A DNA stretch of 16,961 nucleotides from an uncultured bacterium (lineage in GTDB: Bacteria > Actinomycetota > Actinomycetes > JAVEEB01): NCBI GenBank assembly GCA_964236265.1, contig CAXSDE010000057.1, positions 1-16,961 on the forward strand, read 5' to 3'. The notes beneath the pieces are model-generated. The model was not told where the DNA came from. It searched no databases and saw nothing but the letters and a program-made list of their open reading frames with translations. Positions 13,680-16,961 of this stretch are shown here, piece after piece; positions within the stretch are counted from its first letter, which is position 1; every line of letters starts with the position of its first letter. Made by a program: the position numbers and the translations under genes.

Positions 13680-14522
13680 CTACTCCTCGTCGGTTGTCGG
13701 CTGGCGCATCATCGGCGGGACCAGCCACTGCGCGGGTCCGCGGCGATAGAGCAGGGGCGGCCGGCCGCCGGCCTGGGTCGCCGGGTGGTCGGCCTTGGTC
13801 AATGGGATGACGAAACCGTCGGTGGACAACACTTTCCGGCGGAAGTTGCCGAGCTCGGGCGCCTGCCCCCAGGCCGCCGCGTAGACGCGGCGCAAGTCGC
13901 CGAGGCTGAACGGCTCCGGCACGAACTGCGCCGCCAGCGTCGTGTATTCGAGTTTCGCCCGCACGCGTTCGCGGCCGTCGCGCAGGATCACTGCGTGGTC
14001 GTATCCCAGTGTGGGAGCATCGCCCTCGTACGGGCGCCGCGCCGCCCACGCATCGGCCTGCGCGTCGATGTCGAGGTCGTCGATCGGCCAATACCGGGCG
14101 GCGGCTGCGTCGCTGCCGGCCTGCGGGTCCGGCAGGTCGGGCGCGAACGCCACGTACGCGACGGACGCCACGTGCAGCCCCGCGTTGATTCGGGGGTCAC
14201 GATCCGGATCGCTGTACGTCGCGAGCTGCTCGAGGTGGCCGCCGGTGGTGTCCCACGCGAGGCCCGTTTCCTCGGCCAGCTCCCGCACGGCTGCGGTGTC
14301 CGCGTTTTCCTTGCCATGCTCGACATGACCGCCGGGCAACGCCCAGAAACCGCGGTAGGGATGGTCACCGCGCTCGACGAGCAACGCGGTGAGCACGCCT
14401 CCGCGAATGGTGAAGATGGTCAGATCGACGGTCAGCGCGAACGGCGGATATGCGGTCGGGTCGTAACCGGCGAGGAAGTCGTCCTCACCGGCCCGGTTGG
14501 TCGTGGCGGCCGGCTTGCTCAT
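13680..14522 (-). CDS. nrtR: Nudix hydrolase fused to a C-terminal winged-helix domain, NrtR-like (Nudix-related regulator of NAD metabolism)
   Basis: The protein is 280 aa. Its Nudix box [28 protein letters not shown] keeps the RE..EE.G core and differs from the canonical box by a 1-residue insertion. The C-terminal ~100 aa ([49 protein letters not shown]...FRRKV) match the NrtR-type DNA-binding domain. The RBS GGAGGAG lies 7 nt upstream of the ATG at 14522. The gene sits between nadR-like and nadE. A plain ADP-ribose pyrophosphatase cannot be excluded. Confidence 0.7.
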   Translation of the reverse strand: MSKPAATTNRAGEDDFLAGYDPTAYPPFALTVDLTIFTIRGGVLTALLVERGDHPYRGFWALPGGHVEHGKENADTAAVRELAEETGLAWDTTGGHLEQLATYSDPDRDPRINAGLHVASVAYVAFAPDLPDPQAGSDAAAARYWPIDDLDIDAQADAWAARRPYEGDAPTLGYDHAVILRDGRERVRAKLEYTTLAAQFVPEPFSLGDLRRVYAAAWGQAPELGNFRRKVLSTDGFVIPLTKADHPATQAGGRPPLLYRRGPAQWLVPPMMRQPTTDEE

Positions 14523-15727
14523 GTCGCGCTCCTCCTCGTCGGGACTGTCCGTGCTGGTCGTTCTGCTGCGGCGGCGGGTCGCCCGACGGCCGGCGCGGCG
14601 GGTGGTCCGACGGCGGCCGCGAACGTCGCGCGTTCGGTCAGCAGTCGGTCGGTGATCCGCACCGCGAGGTGCAGGCGCTGTTCGGGTGTGCCGGTCAGCA
14701 GCACCCAGGAGCGGCCCGCGGCCGTCAACGCCGTCACGAACCAGCCGGTCATCGCCTCGCGGACGGCAAGGTCGCCCTCGCGCAGGCCGTCGTCATCCCA
14801 CGGGACGCCGGTGTGGTCGGTCAGCAGGTAGACCTCCCGCCGGGGGAGACCTCTCGTGGCCCAGTCCGGCAACGCCCGTTGGGCGTCGGGCAGGTAGCGG
14901 CGCTCCCAGGTCGCGGTGGCGAACGCGTCCGTGTCGCAGACGAGCAGCGGCGACCCGGTCGCCGCGGCCGCGTCCTCACGACGGGTCTGCTCGGGGCCGA
15001 TCTCGTCGAAGTCGTCGGCCGTCCAGACGAGGTCGTCGACGCCCGGCAATGGCCTGCCGTGGTTGCTGGCAGTGGCCCGTGCATTGGCCAGCTTGGTGAC
15101 GGTGAACTCGCGACCGTACTCGTCGACACACGCAGTCCGGAGCCACACGCCGCCGCGGCGGCGGTAGTGCCCGGCGAGTGCGGTCGCCAACGTCGTCGTG
15201 CCGCTGCTCTCCGCGCCGAGCACGACGACGCGGACGGCCAAGCCCGCGCGCGTCGCCGGCGCGAGCGCGTCCCAGTGTGCAGCCAGGTCCGCCCGGACCG
15301 CCGTCGCGCTGCCCGGGCCGACGCGGCGCTCGGGGTCCACGAGCACGTGCTCGGCGTCGAGCCACGAGGCGAGGTCCTCGCCGTAGTGCTCGCTCGTGAA
15401 GACGGCATCGACGGGTTCGGCGCTCACCGGTGCGAGCGCGGCACGCATGGCCGCGATCTGCGCTGCCCAGATGTGCTCGTCCGCGTAGTCCACCGGCGCG
15501 TCGCAGCGGATGCCCGTGACGGTGACGTTGATGTCCACAACGTGCTCGGCCGCCAGCCAGGCAACACGGTCCGCGAGTGGAATCGTCTCGGCGCTTGTCG
15601 CCATCGCGATGACGGTGACGCGGTCGGCGGCGGCCCCGGCCGCGCGGATGAGTGCGTGATGCCCGGCGTGCGGAGGATAGAACTTGCCGATCACGAGGCC
15701 GTGCCGGAACGCGCGGGTCGGTGTCAT
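14519..15727 (-). CDS. nadR: NadR-type NMN adenylyltransferase / ribosylnicotinamide kinase homolog. It has no N-terminal HTH, and its kinase P-loop is degenerate.
   Basis: The ORF 14519..16075 is trimmed to the ATG at 15727, which overlaps the pnuC stop as [22 protein letters not shown] matches the NadR NMNAT motif GKFYPLHTGH. Further downstream, [19 protein letters not shown] aligns with the NadR kinase Walker A ILGGESSGKSTL but has Thr in place of the invariant Lys. A Walker-B-like LLVCDTDAF is present. Confidence 0.75.
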   Translation of the reverse strand: MTPTRAFRHGLVIGKFYPPHAGHHALIRAAGAAADRVTVIAMATSAETIPLADRVAWLAAEHVVDINVTVTGIRCDAPVDYADEHIWAAQIAAMRAALAPVSAEPVDAVFTSEHYGEDLASWLDAEHVLVDPERRVGPGSATAVRADLAAHWDALAPATRAGLAVRVVVLGAESSGTTTLATALAGHYRRRGGVWLRTACVDEYGREFTVTKLANARATASNHGRPLPGVDDLVWTADDFDEIGPEQTRREDAAAATGSPLLVCDTDAFATATWERRYLPDAQRALPDWATRGLPRREVYLLTDHTGVPWDDDGLREGDLAVREAMTGWFVTALTAAGRSWVLLTGTPEQRLHLAVRITDRLLTERATFAAAVGPPAAPAVGRPAAAAERPARTVPTRRSAT

Positions 15728-16380
15728 ACGACGACGACCTCGGTGGCGCGTCCGGCCTCGAACTCGCGGCGTTGCTCGTCGCGTAGGTCTCCCGTCCAGC
15801 GCACCAGTCCGAGAATGCAGAGGGCCAGGAAGCCGACGTACAAGATTGCCGTCAACGTCAGGTGCTTGTAGTGGTAGAGCGGGATGTAGATGACGTCCGC
15901 GGCGATCCACAGCCACCAGGACTCCAGCTTCTTGCGGCACTGGCCCCACGTGGCGACGAGCGACAGTGACGTGGTGATGGCGTCCCACAGCGGCACGGTG
16001 GATCCCATATAGCGAGCGAGGATGACTACGAGCGCTGCGGTGCCGACGACCCCGAAGGCCGCGATCCATGCCCACTCGAGTCGAGTCGTACGACTGACAG
16101 GCAGCTCGGCGCGGTCAGCACCGCCATGGAGCCAGGCCCACCAGCCCCATCCCGCGAGGGCGATGTAGACGAGTTGCAGTCCGGAGTCGGCGTAGAGGCC
16201 GGCGGTCGCAAACAGGAGCAGGAACACGAAATTGTTGGCAATGCCGATCGGCCAGTTGAGGATGTTCTGCTGGGCGACCCAATAGACGCAGATCGCGCCG
16301 GTCACGAAGCCGATGACCTCGGCCCACGTCGTCGGTGCCCCGAAGGCGCTGAAAGCGACGCTGTTGAGCCACCCGATCAT
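15724..16380 (-). CDS. pnuC: PnuC nicotinamide riboside transporter
   Basis: The ORF 15724..16470 is trimmed to the ATG at 16380 (MIGWLNSVAFSAFGAPTTWAEVIGFVTGAICVYWVAQQNILNWPIGIANNFVFLLLF...). It shows PnuC-family hallmarks: a W....E..G opening, the Q.N..NW motif and multiple TM helices. Its ATG overlaps the pncA stop (ATGA), and its stop overlaps the nadR start. Confidence 0.8.
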   Translation of the reverse strand: MIGWLNSVAFSAFGAPTTWAEVIGFVTGAICVYWVAQQNILNWPIGIANNFVFLLLFATAGLYADSGLQLVYIALAGWGWWAWLHGGADRAELPVSRTTRLEWAWIAAFGVVGTAALVVILARYMGSTVPLWDAITTSLSLVATWGQCRKKLESWWLWIAADVIYIPLYHYKHLTLTAILYVGFLALCILGLVRWTGDLRDEQRREFEAGRATEVVVV

Positions 16381-16961
16381 CGGAGGTCCTGTCCGGTGCT
16401 GACGACAGCTCCGGCTGCAGCAATTGCCTCGAGGGCGGCCGCGCTCGTCTCGACGCCGACGCCGACGCACAACGCGGTCAGCACGGTGACGTCCAGCCCC
16501 GCCGCGACTGCGTCGAGCGCGGAGGCTTTCACGCAGTAGTCGGTCGCGATGCCGACGACGGTCACTGCAGTGATGCCGAGACCGGCGAGCACGTCACGGA
16601 AAGGCTGGTCGCCCACCGTGCCGTCGAAGATGGAGTAGGCGGCTCGACCCTGACCCTTGCGCACGTGGTGCGTGACGCGGCTGGTGTCGAGGGCGGGGTG
16701 GTAGTCGGCCCCGCCGGTGCCGGCGACGCAGTGCACCGGCCAGGTGACGGCAAAGTCCGGCGCGTCGCCGGCGGCGGGAAAGTGCCCGCCGTTCGTCGTC
16801 GCTTCGTCGTGCCAGTCGCGGCTCGCGATGACGGCGGTGTATTGGTCGGTGTAGTAGTCGGGGTCGGTCGCGGGGTCGGCCGCGGGGGCGGTCGCGGGGT
16901 CGGCCGGGGGGTCGGCCGCGAGGTGGGTCGTGATGGGGGTCGTGATGGGGGTCGTGATGGG
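16377..16961 (-). CDS. pncA: Nicotinamidase/pyrazinamidase (isochorismatase-like cysteine hydrolase). It is partial because the 5' end runs off the window through an in-frame minisatellite.
   Basis: ...DWHDEATTNGGHFPAAGDAPDFAVTWPVHCVAGTGGADYHPALDTS...HVRKGQGRAAYSIFDG...VVGIATDYCVKASALDAVAAGLDVTVL aligns with PncA metal-binding and catalytic residues (DFH, DHF, PHCV, the catalytic Lys in YKG and the catalytic Cys in TDHCV). The ORF-track start at 16736 is an internal GTG. The frame stays open upstream to the window edge, and the N-terminal beta-strand with the catalytic Asp is not within the window. Confidence 0.75.
   Translation of the reverse strand, partial: PITTPITTPITTHLAADPPADPATAPAADPATDPDYYTDQYTAVIASRDWHDEATTNGGHFPAAGDAPDFAVTWPVHCVAGTGGADYHPALDTSRVTHHVRKGQGRAAYSIFDGTVGDQPFRDVLAGLGITAVTVVGIATDYCVKASALDAVAAGLDVTVLTALCVGVGVETSAAALEAIAAAGAVVSTGQDLR
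16861..16961. repeat. 12-bp minisatellite array of at least 8 units in two subtypes, running to the window edge
   Basis: Units gggtcggtcgcg, gggtcggccgcg, ggggcggtcgcg, gggtcggccggg and gggtcggccgcg occupy 16861-16920. Three units of gggtcgtgatgg follow at 16925-16960. The array is in frame with pncA on the minus strand and encodes ...PITTPITTPITT HLAADPPADPATAPAADPATDPD.... Confidence 0.8.

Noticed and set aside
12420-14831. Plus-strand ORFs 12420..13274 (284 aa) and 13317..14831 (504 aa), antisense to nadE and nrtR
   Set aside because: These are shadow ORFs. The minus-strand products are unmistakable NadE and Nudix proteins.
14450-15871. 473-aa plus ORF, antisense to nadR-like
   Set aside because: It is an Arg-rich shadow frame. 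The minus strand carries the NMNAT and kinase motifs.
1-16961. Search for tRNA, rRNA, CRISPR repeats, transposase or integrase genes, and terminal inverted repeats
   Set aside because: None were found. There are no repeat-spacer arrays, no tRNA-like GTTCGAATC arms and no DDE/HTH transposase-like ORFs. The only repeats are the short in-gene micro/minisatellites and the 65-bp duplication listed above.

Overview
The window is a high-GC (~70%) actinobacterial-type chromosomal segment. It contains no rRNA, tRNA, CRISPR array, transposase or integrase that I can recognise. Most of the six-frame ORFs in the track are Arg/Pro-rich shadow frames of real genes, and I rejected them.

I support about 17 protein genes.

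Right third (11.9-17 kb): a compact minus-strand NAD salvage and recycling operon, pncA - pnuC - nadR-like - Nudix/NrtR-like - nadE. Three of its junctions are 4-bp ATGA stop/start overlaps and the fourth is a 3-nt gap.

Middle:
- a truncated NfeD-like OB-fold gene followed by a flotillin/SPFH gene;
- a dienelactone-hydrolase gene tightly coupled to a small conserved 'MCTY...' protein;
- an SDR oxidoreductase whose translation-initiation region carries a 65-bp tandem duplication, which creates an upstream 22-codon copy of its own start;
- divergently, a 746-aa, roughly 11-TM membrane protein with a C-terminal serine-hydrolase (AHSQG) domain.

Left third:
- a 5'-truncated hypothetical gene;
- a PadR regulator with a DUF1700/HAAS-like membrane partner;
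- two class I SAM methyltransferases;
- a secreted DUF3298/RsiV-like gene whose signal-peptide exon and domain lie in different reading frames, next to a 45-bp in-frame tandem repeat.

A roughly 900-bp gene-poor stretch (4.1-5.0 kb) contains:
- an orphan textbook intrinsic terminator (14-bp stem plus T7);
- an Arg-rich 93-codon ORF with a strong RBS and an internal (GGCTCA)n microsatellite;
- a perfect 14-bp GC stem-loop just downstream of that ORF.

Several in-frame micro/minisatellites sit inside genes, at 15-44, 3976-4065, 4718-4769, 7426-7473 and 16861-16961.
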